Made by a program: the position numbers and the translations under genes
Shown: one piece after another, positions 37,973-51,400 of the stretch
Position numbering within the stretch: the first letter of the stretch is position 1
Layout of the letters: the number at the start of each line of letters is the position of its first letter
Notes under the pieces: generated by a model
Databases searched by the model: none
Told to the model about the DNA's origin: nothing
What the model saw: the letters and a program-made list of their open reading frames with translations, nothing else
Source: Moniliella sp. 'wahieum'
Taxonomy: Eukaryota
Assembly: GCA_003971905.1 (NCBI GenBank)
Contig: RSEE01000036.1
Span: forward strand, 62,001-126,000
Length of the DNA stretch: 64,000 bases
Direction: 5' to 3'

Positions 37973-38599
37973 TCACGCCGCAGGATAACGCACCCTGTCA
38001 ATGGCAACGAGAAAGTCTTGTCTTGGGGGGCGCTGATGCTTCTCTGTGGATGGAAGTGCCGCATTCGAGTGGGCATCAATGGTTTGGCTCACACTGTGGG
38101 CGAGCCCACCAGCACGCATCTCATGTGGGAGGAGGACATATCCCAACGGCCCGCATTCGCACGCCCCGCAAATCAGGTACTTGGCCTCCTCCGACCCGTA
38201 CGGAACATCCTTGCTGAACCCCACGTTGTCAAATGCTAATGGCGACGACAGACTCCAAAACGCTGAATCCGAGGCGGAGGGCAAAGGCGTTGTTGCGCCT
38301 GGCAGAGCGGCAGCAGGAAGGGCAAGCGGCCCAGGTGGGCGCAGGGCGTACTGCGCCGCTGATCTGCGGAACACCTTCACCCCACAGCCCTCACGGGGAC
38401 AGTAAATGTCATGCTTGTTGTTGCCTGCCTCGTCCGAAAGGTACGCACGCAGTACCTCCTGCTCTACCTCGGTGGCAGACGCCGTCGGTGGGCCGTCAGA
38501 ACGGGAGGAAAGCGCCCGGTCCCGCACTTGGCCCCAGGAGAGCGTCTCCACTTTGGCGCCCGAGTTTTGGAGCAGACTCAATAGGTCGGGCATGGACAT
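37973..38599 (-). CDS. DSS4: Mss4/Dss4 Rab guanine-nucleotide-release chaperone
   Basis: DIYCPREGCGVKV, FDNVGFSK, KYLICGACECGPLGY; intact ORF. Confidence 0.85.
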   Translation of the reverse strand: MSMPDLLSLLQNSGAKVETLSWGQVRDRALSSRSDGPPTASATEVEQEVLRAYLSDEAGNNKHDIYCPREGCGVKVFRRSAAQYALRPPGPLALPAAALPGATTPLPSASDSAFWSLSSPLAFDNVGFSKDVPYGSEEAKYLICGACECGPLGYVLLPHEMRAGGLAHSVSQTIDAHSNAALPSTEKHQRPPRQDFLVAIDRVRYPAA

Positions 38600-38982
38600 G
38601 GTGGCGGACGACCGTGGAAGGGTGGGGGCCGGTGTGGAGCGCTTGTTGGTTGGTACGCGTCGGCCGGCGATGCACGATGCGCTGTGCCGGTTTAAGAGCT
38701 TCAGCTGCCCTACGCTGTGCTCCCGCTTGCACGCTCTAGCAGTGTGGCGGAATGGAGCATACTTCCGCCCGGGGTAAATCAGCTGCCTTTGATCGGTAGC
38801 TTGGCACTATCTGCAGGAGAGTGTATGAAAATTGGGGAAATGGAGGGGACGTAGGATTTCGGGGCCCAGCACCCAGCGCCCAGTTGGTGACGCCGATGAC
38901 GACCATAGAGACAGGCTTCAAGCAAGTCGAGAACAGGTGAAAAGGGCAGACATCCCCAGAGACTGGGGGCAACGTATGCGCT

Positions 38983-39041
38983 GAGGTATATTGAGGTCGA
39001 GCGGGACTGAGAGAGGTATATTGAGGTCGAGCGGCACTGAG
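38983..39041 (+). repeat. Two-copy 30-bp tandem duplication
   Basis: GAGGTATATTGAGGTCGAGCGG(G/C)ACTGAG twice with period 30. Confidence 0.9.
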
Positions 39042-40492
39042 GGGCCTAGTGAAAACTAAGATGAGCATGGGACGGGAGGATATTGGGTATCCATCCAACA
39101 CAGGCAACGGACCAGAGCACTGATGCATCCCTTCACAAGCCCCGTTGAGCAAAGATAGAGAAAGAAAGGGATATCCGGGCAGCAGCGCTGGTGGAAGAAG
39201 ATGATGCCGAGGCGGGGGGCGCGGTAGCGGGACGTGCTTCTTCCGACCTCCAAAAACAGCATGAGACACGGTGCCGTTCTCCAGTGGCGCCTGACGGACG
39301 ACGGGGCGCCCCTGAACGGTCCGGTGAAGCGTTCTGTTGTGTATTTTTGACCAGCACCTTCCACTGCCGTTGGAGACGTTGGCTCACTCCCTCCCGATCG
39401 TACGGATGGGGTGGGCCAGCGATCACTCGCTCTTCCCACGAAGGGACGAAAGTGACATCCTGGTCAAAGGCATGCGGGGGGCGAGGTGTGGCCAAGGGTG
39501 TCAATTATATGCCACTCGACTCGGGATGATGAGATGAGTATAGGCGTGCATCATATCAGTTTTTGTTTTTACCGAGCCGCGAAGATTATATGATCTTCAA
39601 CCTATATCAGCGCTAGCAGCCCGTAGCACCTATCAGTACCAGTAGCCAAAGGATGCGGGTGCACGCGTATATGATGCACATCGTGCCAAGGCGGGCTGGG
39701 ACCAAGCTTAGTGCCCGCCGGTGCCTTCTGCTTCAGGAGTTGGGCAAGAACCCCATTCGTCGGGAGCTTGCTGCGCTTGTCGTGGCCAGAGGCAGAAGGT
39801 GGGAGAGCGGAGGCCAGTGTAGTGGCAAAGCGCAAAGCCGCCAGGCTATCGATTACCACGAGGGGCAGGTGCCAGTGGGGCCAGCACTCGAGTACTCAGT
39901 GGGGGTCTCCTCAGCCTCATGGATCATCATGCATCACGCGTCATGCATCACGTGCGCTGGGCGGAAGGGGCGTTGCGTGGAGGTCCGTGCACAGCTCCAC
40001 ATGCCCCGCGGCGCACAAGGGCGTAGAAGCAGGCCGAAGCGATGGAGCCAAGGCGGGGGGAAGTGTGTGCGCCATCCCCCCAATTGTCACCCGTCATAGG
40101 CTGCCGTCCATGCAGCAGCCATCCTTCCTCGCACGGGGGGAGTGTGCGTGGCGCTCAGACCAACTGACGCACGAGCGCGCCTCCCGAGTGTTCGATCATC
40201 GATCATCGATCATCAATCGGCGTGAGGCCGTCGGTCGCGTCAGTCAGTACGTCAGTACGTCAGTACGACGCCCGACTTCGTGCCCGCCTTGTTGGGGCGT
40301 TTTCTTCTCATAGGGTTGCGCACGGCCTTCTGCACCGCCTCCAAGGCCAGGGCTTAAATAGCCCCGCTGCTTCGTACTTTCCAACATTTTTACCCCCATC
40401 CGAGTCTACTCCACTCCACTCTGCTCGTACGTGATCCCTCAGGCATCCCTCCCACAACGAAGCGCGAATGTGCTGACTCTGCTTCACAGACC

Positions 40493-40981
40493 ATGTCCAA
40501 GGTCTTTTTCGACATCTCCCGCAATGGTTCGCCCCTCGGCCGTGTTGTCTTCCAGCTGTACGATGCTGACGTGCCCAAGACGGCCAAGAACTTCCTCGAG
40601 CTGAGCACGGGGTCCAACGGCTACGGTTACGCTGGCTCGACCTTCCACCGTGTCATTCCCCAGTTCATGCTGCAGGGTGGTGACTTCACTGCTGGCAACG
40701 GCACGGGCGGCAAGTCGATCTACGGCTCCAAGTTCCCCGACGAGAACTTCAAGTTCAAGCACACCAAGCCTGGCCTCCTCTCGATGGCCAACGCTGGCCC
40801 CAACACGAACGGCTCCCAGTTCTTCATCACCACTGTTCCTACCCCCTGGCTCGATGGCAAGCACGTCGTGTTCGGTGAGGTGATTGAGGGCTTTGATGTT
40901 GTCAAGAAGGTTGAGTCGTACGGCTCGGGCTCGGGCAAGACCAACGGCACCATCAAGATTGACCAGTCGGGTGCTCTCTAA
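40493..40981 (+). CDS. CPR1: Cyclophilin A peptidyl-prolyl isomerase; likely 5'UTR intron 40427-40489
   Basis: Intact 162 aa: [47 protein letters not shown]; upstream GTACGT...GCTGAC...CAG just before the ATG. Confidence 0.98.
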   Translation: MSKVFFDISRNGSPLGRVVFQLYDADVPKTAKNFLELSTGSNGYGYAGSTFHRVIPQFMLQGGDFTAGNGTGGKSIYGSKFPDENFKFKHTKPGLLSMANAGPNTNGSQFFITTVPTPWLDGKHVVFGEVIEGFDVVKKVESYGSGSGKTNGTIKIDQSGAL

Positions 40982-42851
40982 GCATTACACGCCCAATCCA
41001 TTGATGTTTCCCCGTTGACCATGTCCCCTATGAGAAGCAGGTTGAGATAGCAGTATAGTGAGGGTCTACGCTACGTTTTATTGTCTTGCCCTCTGTGTAA
41101 AGCCCCTGCATCCATCCGGTTTATATTTGTCCGATCTTTTCAGTACAAAGCAGTCCTGTGTAAGGCTTTGGCCAGCGGCAGCCGTTATGCATTATGGATC
41201 ATCCTGTCTCTACTATCGACCAACCGCTTAGCCACACGCGGGTCGGTCTACACCTTTGACACCCTTGTATCTTATTCCTTCAAGCTTCACCCTCGACTTC
41301 TCTGTCCTTACGTTACGTTTACAAATGTACCACTTTGTTTTTTGGTTACGCTGCAAGCCGTGGTTGTCTCAGGTAACGCTTGCTATTTAGTTAGGTCTTA
41401 GGCCTTAGGGGTCTCCGTCTCTATGTGCCTGACATGGCATTGATCATGGTAACGGTAAAGCAGCAAATTATTAACCTGTGTAGAGTATCTTGGACCCCTT
41501 CAACGTTGACAACCTATCAACCCACTCTGCTCTGTCTCCTGAGAACCTAAGCTACAGAGTCCGCTCCCAGGTAGCCACCCCACCTACTAGGGGAGATTGG
41601 GTGCTTGTTACTCCAGCGGATATTGGTGGAGTCCTCCCATCCGCGGCCATGCTGAGACTTCTGATACCCCACCCTTTTCTATTGGCCTGATCGAATACAT
41701 TGCCGCCCAACGATCCAACATGGCTGCTGTGCACCCCGCGGGGCCAACGCCGGGCCGACTCGCGACGGAGCGTTAGAAGTAGTGAGGACTGGATCCAACC
41801 ATGTGTGGTCCCTGTAATTTGGGTCAAGGTCGCGTTAGATCGCATCATGCCTACCGACTCGGCCTCCGGCATGCGGGGACTGGAGCTACCGTTCCCCTCG
41901 GCCCTTACCGACGTGCTGCGTACATTACTGCTTCGCATATCCACACCTTCTTTGGCCCACTCAACGTCCAGCACAGTTGCGTGAACGTCAAGTACCGAGT
42001 TGTCCCCAACAGCATTTCGGATGCAGCCACTGTCTTGATCTACATTGGGGTCCTGCACAACAATAACTTGGCTGGGACGTCGGCCGTGCTGGGCTACATG
42101 CTTAACCACTTTGTCAACTCTGTCTCTCCCCACACCGATATCCTGCGACTTGCTGACTCGGCCTTTGCCCAGGACGGGGCGGTCGAGGGCGATAATGTCC
42201 TATCGGCGGACGACATTTTACGGCCAGTACAATCACAGCAATGAACGTGTAGACGGTTCCAGATGGGCTACGAATGATGTTATGATAAGTTGTACCCAGC
42301 ACTGATGTATACTCTTCACCACTAGTCTACAAATGTTTTTGACGACTATTCATGTGAAAACGGACACACGAATATTAGGTCAATGACCTTGGACGCACTC
42401 AAGGGCCGCTCTTCCCTCAAAGAGGGTGGGGTATATGACGGCACGGGTATGTAAATTTAGAACTGAATCCTGGCTCAGTATACCTGTCACTGCCCTTTTG
42501 TTCGGTATTCGCGCTCACAATTTCTCCATCCTTGCCCTAGTCATGCCTACCCTCTTCTACCAACAAATGGTCTCCTTGAGTACTTTTGGTTACTCTCTAC
42601 CTCCCCCCCCAACTCGTACGGTAGCAAGCTGTAAACCAGTTCACGTGACATGGATTATTGGCTTTGTGAGATGGATGAGAATGATGCGTGATGATCGGTG
42701 AGACCTGAGAGTGTGATGCTGATAGCGTAATCCACTGTGGGCTTTTAGCGCCCTCGCTGCTTTGGGTTGCTCAGTTTCGGGATAAAAAAATTTGTTGCGC
42801 CTCTGCCTTGCCTCGCCACACGTCTGCCTTGCCTCTTACCCTACTCCACCT

Positions 42852-43753
42852 ATGGCGCTCCACCTGGCCAAGCGGCGCCGCCTCGAGTTTGAGGGCGAAG
42901 ACGTATCCGACAGCGGGTCATCCATCAGTGCCATCGCTGCGCGCGGAGTGCACTCCACCCGCTTCAACCCTACTCAATACCTCCAGGGGCACGGATGGCA
43001 GGGACATGGGGTTGCCCTTGATGGGCATGCAGGCAAGGGCCTTCGAAAACCCCTTTCCATCCCTCAAAAGAGGGATAACAAAGGGCTGGGGCAGAACCGC
43101 GACAGGGCGGTGGAGTGGTGGGATTGTCTTTTTGAGGTACGTTGCTTGTATCCATATCCCGAGTTGCCAATAGAGTCCTGACGCACGCATAGGCTCGCGC
43201 CAAAGCACTGGCAAGTGGTTCATCATCCGCCTCTACATCCTTAGCTCCTTCCGGATCAAACACGCCGACCGGGAGTACTCTCTCGCTCCAGGGAATGGCC
43301 AAACGGGAACAAGTTCGACGTCAACTCATGAGCAGCTTCCTTCGTGGCGGGACAATTCAGATGGGCCCTACGCCTCAACAGTTAGCCAAGGAGAAGGAGG
43401 AAGAGAAGGCACGGGCAGCAGCTGCATCTACCGCTTCAAAGGAAACGACATCGAAGGGCGACAAGTCTAAGTCTGACAAGAAGGCCAAGAAAGCGGCCAA
43501 GGCTGCGAAGAAGGAGAAGAAAGAGCGCAAGCGCGCACACAAGGCGGAGAAGAAGAAAAGGAGAGCTGAGAAGGAGGCACGCCGGGCAGCCAAACAAGAA
43601 AAGAAAGCTGCCAAAGAGGCCAAGAAACGAGCGAAAGAAGCAAAACGAGCAGAGAAGGCCGTCAAAGCTTCTAAAAGAGGAGTCAAGGTCCATGAGACCT
43701 CGCTGCTGCTATCAGATGAGATGCATGGAAGACAAGATTGGTACATTGCTTGA
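42852..43753 (+). CDS. TMA23: G-patch-like nucleolar protein Tma23; intron 43137-43192
   Basis: YLQGHGWQG, GLRKPLSIPQKRDNKGLG, EWWDCLFE, LMSSFLRGGTI, Lys/Ala/Glu-rich tail. Confidence 0.75.
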
Positions 43754-43831
43754 AAGCGATACAAGACCCACGCGTGATATTTCGCGTAGAATTTAGCGAA
43801 GCTGCAATTGAGTTTGAGGTTCTCATCAGCC

Positions 43832-44376
43832 TCAGTCGGTCTTGGCAGCCTTGGTCTCACCCTCGGCCTCAGCCTCCGTGTCCGCTTTCCGCTTAGAACT
43901 GCAAGGCAACAATGTCAGTCGAGTGGTTATGAGCAGTAAAAGGGGGACGTACCCTGTGGTAGGTCCTCCTCCTCCTCCTCTTCCTCTTCATCTCCTCTTC
44001 ATCATCCTCGTCATCGTCTTCGCTGCTGTGGGGAGTCAGAATGTACTTCACAACGCGCAGCAAGGATACGTACTTGTACTCAATGTCCTGCTCATCCTCG
44101 TTCTCAACGAAATCACCGTCCTCCTCCTGTTGTGTGTTAGAATTGCGTAGATGGAGAGCATGGAAGCGGGCGTACCTCGTCCTCATCCTCATCTTCGCCC
44201 TCGTCATCCTCGGGCTGTTCCTCCGCAGCAGGCGCTTCCTTCTCATCCGGCTTCTCCTCTGCCTTTGCGGCCTCCGGCTCCGCCGGGGACGGCCTTCGCG
44301 GCGGGGATGGCCTTCTCGGGCGTCTCAGCGGGGCCTCGACGGGCTCAGCGGTCTTGGTAGGCTCAGTGGATGACAT
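43832..44376 (-). CDS. Small, highly acidic, disordered protein with C-terminal NLS-like motif; three introns
   Basis: MSSTEPTKTAEPVE..., EDDEGEDEDE|EEDGDFVENEDEQDIEY|SEDDDEDDEEE..|SKRKADTEAEAEGETKAAKTD*; GTACG donors present; needs indel correction. Confidence 0.65.
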
Positions 44377-44904
44377 GAGGGTGAGGGATATGGTGGTGGA
44401 AGAACAAAGGAGAGCGTGTTTGGGTTGGGGCGTGCACGGCCCCGCCTCTGCCCGTCGACGAACACGCTCAGGCTGAGCTAAGAAGGCGCGGGGGTGCACT
44501 GCACGTCGCGTACCACGTAACGCCCTTGTGGACGGGGGGCAGTCTGGCCGAAGAGGATAGAAGATCTAACATGGCGATGGGTGATGCATGATGTCCAGGT
44601 GATTTCTGACGATATCACGTCCCGCTAGGGTTGGATCGGGCCTCGCTACGTCGATGGCGTAAGCAGTAGGGTTGGAATGATCTTCTACCCACACTCAGCG
44701 ATCGGGCCATTATGCATTACGTACGACTGCCGGGTTGGTTACCGGTTACCTAACCCTACCTCGGTCTCCTCCCCGGTCAGGTGACCTGGCTTTCCACTGT
44801 ATGAAATTGCAATGGGCCACCGGCGTTGCTGGGCGTCGCCTCTTTTTTTTTCCTGGCTGCCACCACAGCGGATCCCTGGTTGCGCTCCTCCTCGTTCGGC
44901 CGGC

Positions 44905-46361
44905 ATGTTCTACGACCTCAACGTGCCCTGGCCTGCAGATGTGTTCGCAGCCTCTGGCGCACGCAATGCCTCGCCCGAGTACGCCGGCTACATCCGCCAG
45001 CTGGCCCTGTACACTGCCGGCTCGGAGCCTCCTCCCCTTGCGGCGCCCGCCAAGAAGAAGAAGGGGAAAAAGGCGCAGGACCCCCCCGCCCAAGTGCAGC
45101 CGGTCGCTGGTCCCCCCACCAAACCGCCCCCATTGACCCCCTTTGATGCTCTTTCTGGCCTTACTCCCGCTCAGAAGTCGAGGATCGAAGCGTTAAGTCT
45201 GGACCTGTACGAGTGTGCGTCTCTTCCCCCCTCTTCGTAACAACGACACGCCGGACTGACTATTGGACTGCAGTGGGTTACCGACACATTGCATACAATC
45301 ATACCATTTCTACTCGGTTCAATCCATCTCAGCACCAAAATCCATTCTATGACCCACGCACCAAACTCACTCAACCCCCTTCCCCGCCCTCGATCCTCGA
45401 ACCCAAGTGGCCTGGCGCCGACAGCATCCCTCTCTGGAACCAAGCGAAATGGCCCTGGAGCAGCTCAGCAGGCTTACTCTAATTCTCGATGCACAGAGCT
45501 TTGACAAGGCTGGCCATGGACTAGGATCATCTTCGGCCACGGCCTTGCTGACTTACGATCTGCTGGCTGTCTGTCCCACGACTGAGGCGGCCTTCAGCAT
45601 GGCTTGTACGAACCTCACCGAACTTAAACCCAACAGCATCGACTTGATCAGCCTTGACTTTGCCGCCGCCCCCGACTACCTTTTCTTCTCCGTCGAAGCA
45701 GCGTGTTGGCAGCGGTGCAGAACGGGGCGGTTTTCGAGGTGTGTTATGGTGCCCTCACAGGAGTTGAGGACATTTACGCCCTGCGTCGAGACGACGACTC
45801 TTTTTCTCCTGAAAGGAGGAGCAAGGCGCGCCGCAACCTAATTGGAGGCGTAAAAGATTTGCTACGCATTACCAAAGGCAAAAACGTTGTGTTCTCCTCC
45901 GGAGTAGCAGATGCCTTGGGACTGCGTGGACCAGCGGATATAATGAATCTGGCTTCCCTTTTTGGCTTGGCCCCGTCCGAAGCCAAGAGGATGGTGGCTT
46001 CCACCTCGTACTCTTTACTCCAGCGTGCTCGGACACGCAAGACGTGGCGCGGAATCGTCGGTGCTCCCCGCTTGCGTCTCCTCCCCATCCGGCCCATGGT
46101 CTCAATTCCCAACCCCGCCGAGGACATGAAGGATATCATCGTGGCTCCGGCGGACGTGGAGATGACAGAGGCGGAGAAGGGAGCTCCTACGGAAAGCGTT
46201 TCCGATTCGCCAGGGTCGGTAAGGCCAAGCCGCGAGCCTCCGTTCCGGTCAAACGTCCAAGAGAGGCATCTCCCTCAACCGTTGCACCTACTTCCACTAC
46301 CATGGACACGAGTAAGCCAACGGTGAAAAAAACCAAGAGAAACAAGAAGCCTTCCAAATAA
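44905..46361 (+). CDS. RPP1: RNase P/MRP subunit p30
   Basis: MFYDLNVPW, GYRHIAYNH, QLSRLTLIL, YDLLAVCPTTE, IDLISLDF, GAVFEVCYG, LLRITKGKNVVFSSG, LRGPADIMNL. Confidence 0.9.
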
Positions 46362-47019
46362 GACGTTTGATTTATCCCCTGTGTCCCTTCCTTCATCAGC
46401 TAGATTCTTTCTCTAGTATTGAATCGAACCTTGCCGCCCCATGCTGTTTCCCATGGGTCACGAGGATGTTACTCTTCGGCGGAGTGACTTGAGGCATACT
46501 GGGCGAACATGCAGGGTGTGGGGGATGGAACTTGGCCGTCGCTCACTGGTACCACTCTAGTCACTTCACGTGGGGAAGAGCCTTGTCGTTTGTCTTTCCT
46601 GGTCACGGTGATGAAGAGTACGTCAATATCGATGGGGCGGACGCAAGTCTCGGGTTGAGATACACGTCAGGGTGTAATGTAGATGTGTTTAATTCACTTT
46701 CACCCTGCGCTGCGCCGATTCACTGTATACACCGCAATGAGGACGAAGAGACTGAACAGAGTGTACAATCGGAACGGCACACTCAGATATGGTGCTGGGG
46801 GTGCCTCCAGTGGTGAAGGCCGGTCCAAATCGCTGGCTTCTCTTGCTATCGCAATGCTAAAAGTACGGAACCGCGTTGAAGAACATCTTACAGTCCACAA
46901 AATTGCGCTAGGAAATCTACCGTGGTTACAGCAGGTGCCCTCCTTTAGCCACTAAACGCTGCTGTTCGTGAACAAGAGGATATAGCAAGACGTATCGTAT
47001 ACAAAGAGGACACTACTCA

Positions 47020-48489
47020 TCAAGGCAAGCTGCTTCCCGCTGAGGGTTCAGGCTCATGTGTGTAGGCGGAGAAAGGGTGAGCTCGTGGGGCCGGCCCAGG
47101 AGGCAAGGTAGCAGGGTATTCAACCAATTTGCTCAAATTTGGTACGGGTGGCCCGCTCCATTCCCTCTCAGAAGGCTGCAATGTGCCTTTCTCCAGATCC
47201 GCCTCCTGGGGGACCGAGATGTGCTGAACTTCGATGTCGACAGGGATGGTACGTCCGCCTTGGAGGGAGTACATATCATTTACGTTGCTCGAAAATCCCG
47301 TCGTGTCCATTGGTTTTTGCCCTGCCTTACGCAGGTTGACCACGCAGCGTGGCGCGACCGCCAGGCTGACCAGGGCATGGAGTGGCAAGCCTAGTCCACT
47401 CAGTGCGTTGTTGGCAGGATGAGTGCGGTGAAGGTAGGTCCAGCTCAACGCCAGCCCCACACTTTCTACTGCCACAGCGAAGCTAAAGTACCGGAGTGCA
47501 TCGAAGAGGAACTGGCCGCCAACAGGGCTAATGTGAGTGATTCGCCGTGCGCGCGCCCTGAAGTTGCTGGGGATCGACTCTTGACTGTCCTTCTTTAAAT
47601 AGAAGTTCCACATCATCGCGCACGTCGTCAGCACCATGACAGCGTCGCCGATAAAGGAGAACAGATACACCACAACGGGCCACCAAATGCCAGAATAAAG
47701 CGAGCCGCAACGCATACCGACACGGAAGTTGAGAGGCACCGTCACCCCATTTGGCCAACTGAGAACAAGGGTTAGAACCAAAAGGGCACAGAGACGGACA
47801 GAGGACACCACAGGACAGGGTTGGATAGGGGGTAAGACAAGACATACGTGTGAACACGAACTGAGCCCCCCTCCGAGCCAGCTCGCAGCTGTTCCAGCTA
47901 CCAAGATCCAGAGGACGACGGATAGCATCTTAGTATAGGGAAGCGTCCTGGTGATTGCGTACGTGCGCAGCGTAAATATGACCTGGGCGTTAATGTTGCT
48001 GAGAGCCAAGAGAGCAATGTAGGCAGAAAGGTCTACGGTGGATAATGGACAACCAGTCAGGGAGCGTGTGTGCGTTGAATGCGTGAGACGGGTACATACC
48101 TCCTTGACAACTTGTTGGGCGGCGGTAGTATGCAAACGCCAGACCAAACATGGGGAAGGTCAAGAGGCGAGCAAAGATATGACAGAACGCGGCTGGTGTA
48201 GGGAAAAAAGCCCTCATCTTTTCCATCGAGAACAGCATTGCCGTTCCTGTACGGTCTGCTTGATCCGTTGCCACTCGGCGTAGTACACATACTTCCAGTC
48301 GGAGGGGAAGCTAACCAGAACATCCCAAAACACACAGCCACCAATGAAAAGGCACATCCACCAAGTGACCGCCCCGTCGTACGAGCGCTCCTCCTGGAAT
48401 GCAACGACTGGCTGCAGCTCAGGGGGCAGGTCGGCAATTGTTGGAAACAGGATGGAAAACTTGGGGTGATGATGTGGGTCGACGGCCAT
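47020..48489 (-). CDS. Multi-pass (about 7 TM) basidiomycete membrane protein, possibly DUF6533/GPCR-like
   Basis: TM1 followed by WDVLVSFPSDWKYVY, FTLRTYAI, further hydrophobic helices, PRCVVNLRKA after the last helix, hydrophilic tail; introns present. Confidence 0.55.
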
Positions 48490-51400
48490 TCTGAGAACCA
48501 ATGCCAGCCCCGGGTATATGGTGGTAGCGCAGGGGGGAGGGACGGAGGAGAACAAGCGAAAGAGATTGGCGAGACAGGGCGAAGCACCCCCGGGAGGGGG
48601 CGTTTGGTGCCCCGCGGTTTTATGTGGTGGCGAGTGAACACATGCGGACCTAGCAAGGAGAGCAGACCATATGGCCCACTTGGACCCGGGTGGCGCAGCC
48701 CCGAGGCGATCCGCAGCCGCTGGCCCTGCTGGCCTGCCCTGGCTGCCGCACTGCAGCGGCCCTCGAGACGGTCATTTAATTTCAAACACCCAATGCGCCT
48801 ATCTGCCTGCGCCTTGGTTGGACGTACCGAACGTTGTTCGAGTTGATCGCGGATGATCGATGAACGTATGAACGATGAACTCGATGAACTAAGTATATCG
48901 GCATGTCGACGTTATCCAGATATCGATATCGATTCTCGACGATCGGCTATCGGCCATCGGACATCAGTAAGTCTTCCTTGAAGCTTGAAGCTTGAAGCTA
49001 ATTGAAGCTTGATCCGCTATACAACAGCATGTTGAAACCGCACCTGTGGGATACTGAGAAGCCTTTGAGGCCCTTACCGTCCCTGTGTGGCTGGGATGGC
49101 ACGTGGATATTGGATTAATGGAGGCCATGTTTTGAACCCATTTTGCTAAAGGGATATATTGTACGGCATATGGATCTAGAGCTCGCCATAATGCATGCGT
49201 AAACCCCTTTTAGCAACTGCCCAAACGCCACCCCCAGGCCCGCAACGCCGCAGGCTATGCACTCTCCCGCGCCCGCCACGCACTGCACTTACCCCCCGTC
49301 CCACCCATTCTGCCCCCCTCGGCCCCGTCGCGCATGTGGCGCCCCACATCAAAACGTGTGGTTCGCACGCGGATACGCGTGACGATGCAAGATCCAAATA
49401 CGCAGCTTTGTTCCTGAGGCTGTGTGACACACGTGATACACGACTTGTGACATGTGATGTATGTCACATGTCATGCATCATGCATGCTATCTGTCACATG
49501 TCACATGTCATCGATCATCGATCATCGAACACTCATGTATTAGGGCCACACTCACATACATGTGCTGCAAGCGCACAAGCCTCCTGTGCACGACGATGCT
49601 TCAACTCACATGTATACATCCGCCACTTGGACATCATCGACATGTTGGCATCTTCGGCAAGCGTGAAGGATCCATGGACATGGGAACATGACATGTGACA
49701 GAGCCTGTAGATGAAACGGTTCCCCTGCGCATCATCATGCACATGATGCTTTTGCCCAAGTGTGGCAAAAATGATATATGGGGCACTACTACAGCATACA
49801 AATACTATTACTACTATACCATAGGCACTATACGCGGAGACGAGCGCGAGATGCATCATAAACGGATCACTCGATATCACGAATCGATTTCGTAAGAATA
49901 AGGGAGATATCGCCGGAAGAGCACATCGTCCACAGAGGGGGCGCTGGCATATATAGAGAGCAAGCCCATATAAAAACGCGATTGCGAAGAGCCAGCATGA
50001 TAATCAACGTTGAGTACCATGATTTTGTATCGCAATAAGTGGCAGTTGTGCCTCTCTGGCCACGATCACACAACGTATGAGGCATCCCCTTATTCTCAAA
50101 TACTTTTCTCTCATCTCTCTTCTCTCTGTGAGTCCGAACACCATATTTGCATAACTTCATGATCGTGGTTAGCTATAGTTGATTCCAGTGGTAAAACAAC
50201 TTCTCATATTGCTTCCCAGCTTTCGTTGCATGCATAGTACGCTCGCGTCCTCGTCATGCAACATGGCCAGGAAAAAGAACGAGAGCCTTTTTGGGTGCGT
50301 CCCTTCTGGACTTTTGATGGGATTCTTCGGGCATTCCGGCTATTCGAGTATAGCCGAGATGCAGCTCTATTAGGCCACTGTGATCTTGCAGCTGTTTCAC
50401 TGGTATCATCCTCCCCGGTACCCCTTTAAGCTTTACTCAACCTCTTCCTCGGAGGGTCATTCTGAGAAGTGTGTCTCGATAGGCTTGCGGCGCTTTTGGC
50501 AGCACAGGTATAGAAGGCAAACACACATGTGACAGAGTTTCCGTGAGGCTGTCCCGTGTTCCATGATGCATGAGGTCGTATATCACGCCATACGTCACAG
50601 GTCGTTACATGTCATGTGCATGTGCCCCGCGCCATCCGGCAACAAGGTCTTCTCGGAAATTAAGCATCAGCACAAGGAAGGGCATCTAGATACGTTCGAT
50701 ATACGTAAGTATCAACCACAGCCATTTTTTCGGACGCACCTCGTGAATTGAACCACTTGATGGTTTGGTTATTGAAGAGAGAGGGTCGTGCAGTTGGGGT
50801 TAGCGAAAGTCCATATGGGGGTGACGTTCACCATGGGGATCAGTCCCCTAAAGAGTCGGGTCCACGGCGAAGTGTTCAACGTTGAACGTTTACCGGGTAC
50901 CGCTCTTCCTGTACGCGCACAGTCATGCATGGATCGTCGTACTTGGAATACCCCCCCTCTCTTTTCAACTTTTCTCCTCTTCACAACAGAGAAACCGCAC
51001 AGTGATTTTGCAAAGACGCATGGTTCGCCCTTTTTGAGACTTTTGTGAATACTCCGGCGTGTTGTGTTCCGTTCCTCCGGCTCCTATAACATGTAAACGG
51101 AATCTATCCTAGTTATTTTTGTGAGATGATCATGAGTCGATGATACCTCGATAAGATCAAACCCCTTTGGATGATGAAAAAGCTTAGATCTCGATCATAC
51201 AGCCGCACATGTACAGCATCTCCAGTGTTGGTATTAGTACTAACACTCGAAGCTTTTGAAAGTTGATACTATGAACTGTAATATGTCCGTAACAATCGGG
51301 GGTAAACGCGGGATCAGAGAAACTGTTTTCGAGGAAGTGCAAGTTGTCCTTCGCTGAAAAGAGTAGCGAAAGAGAGATCTTTTGGAGAGGAAACTTGGTC

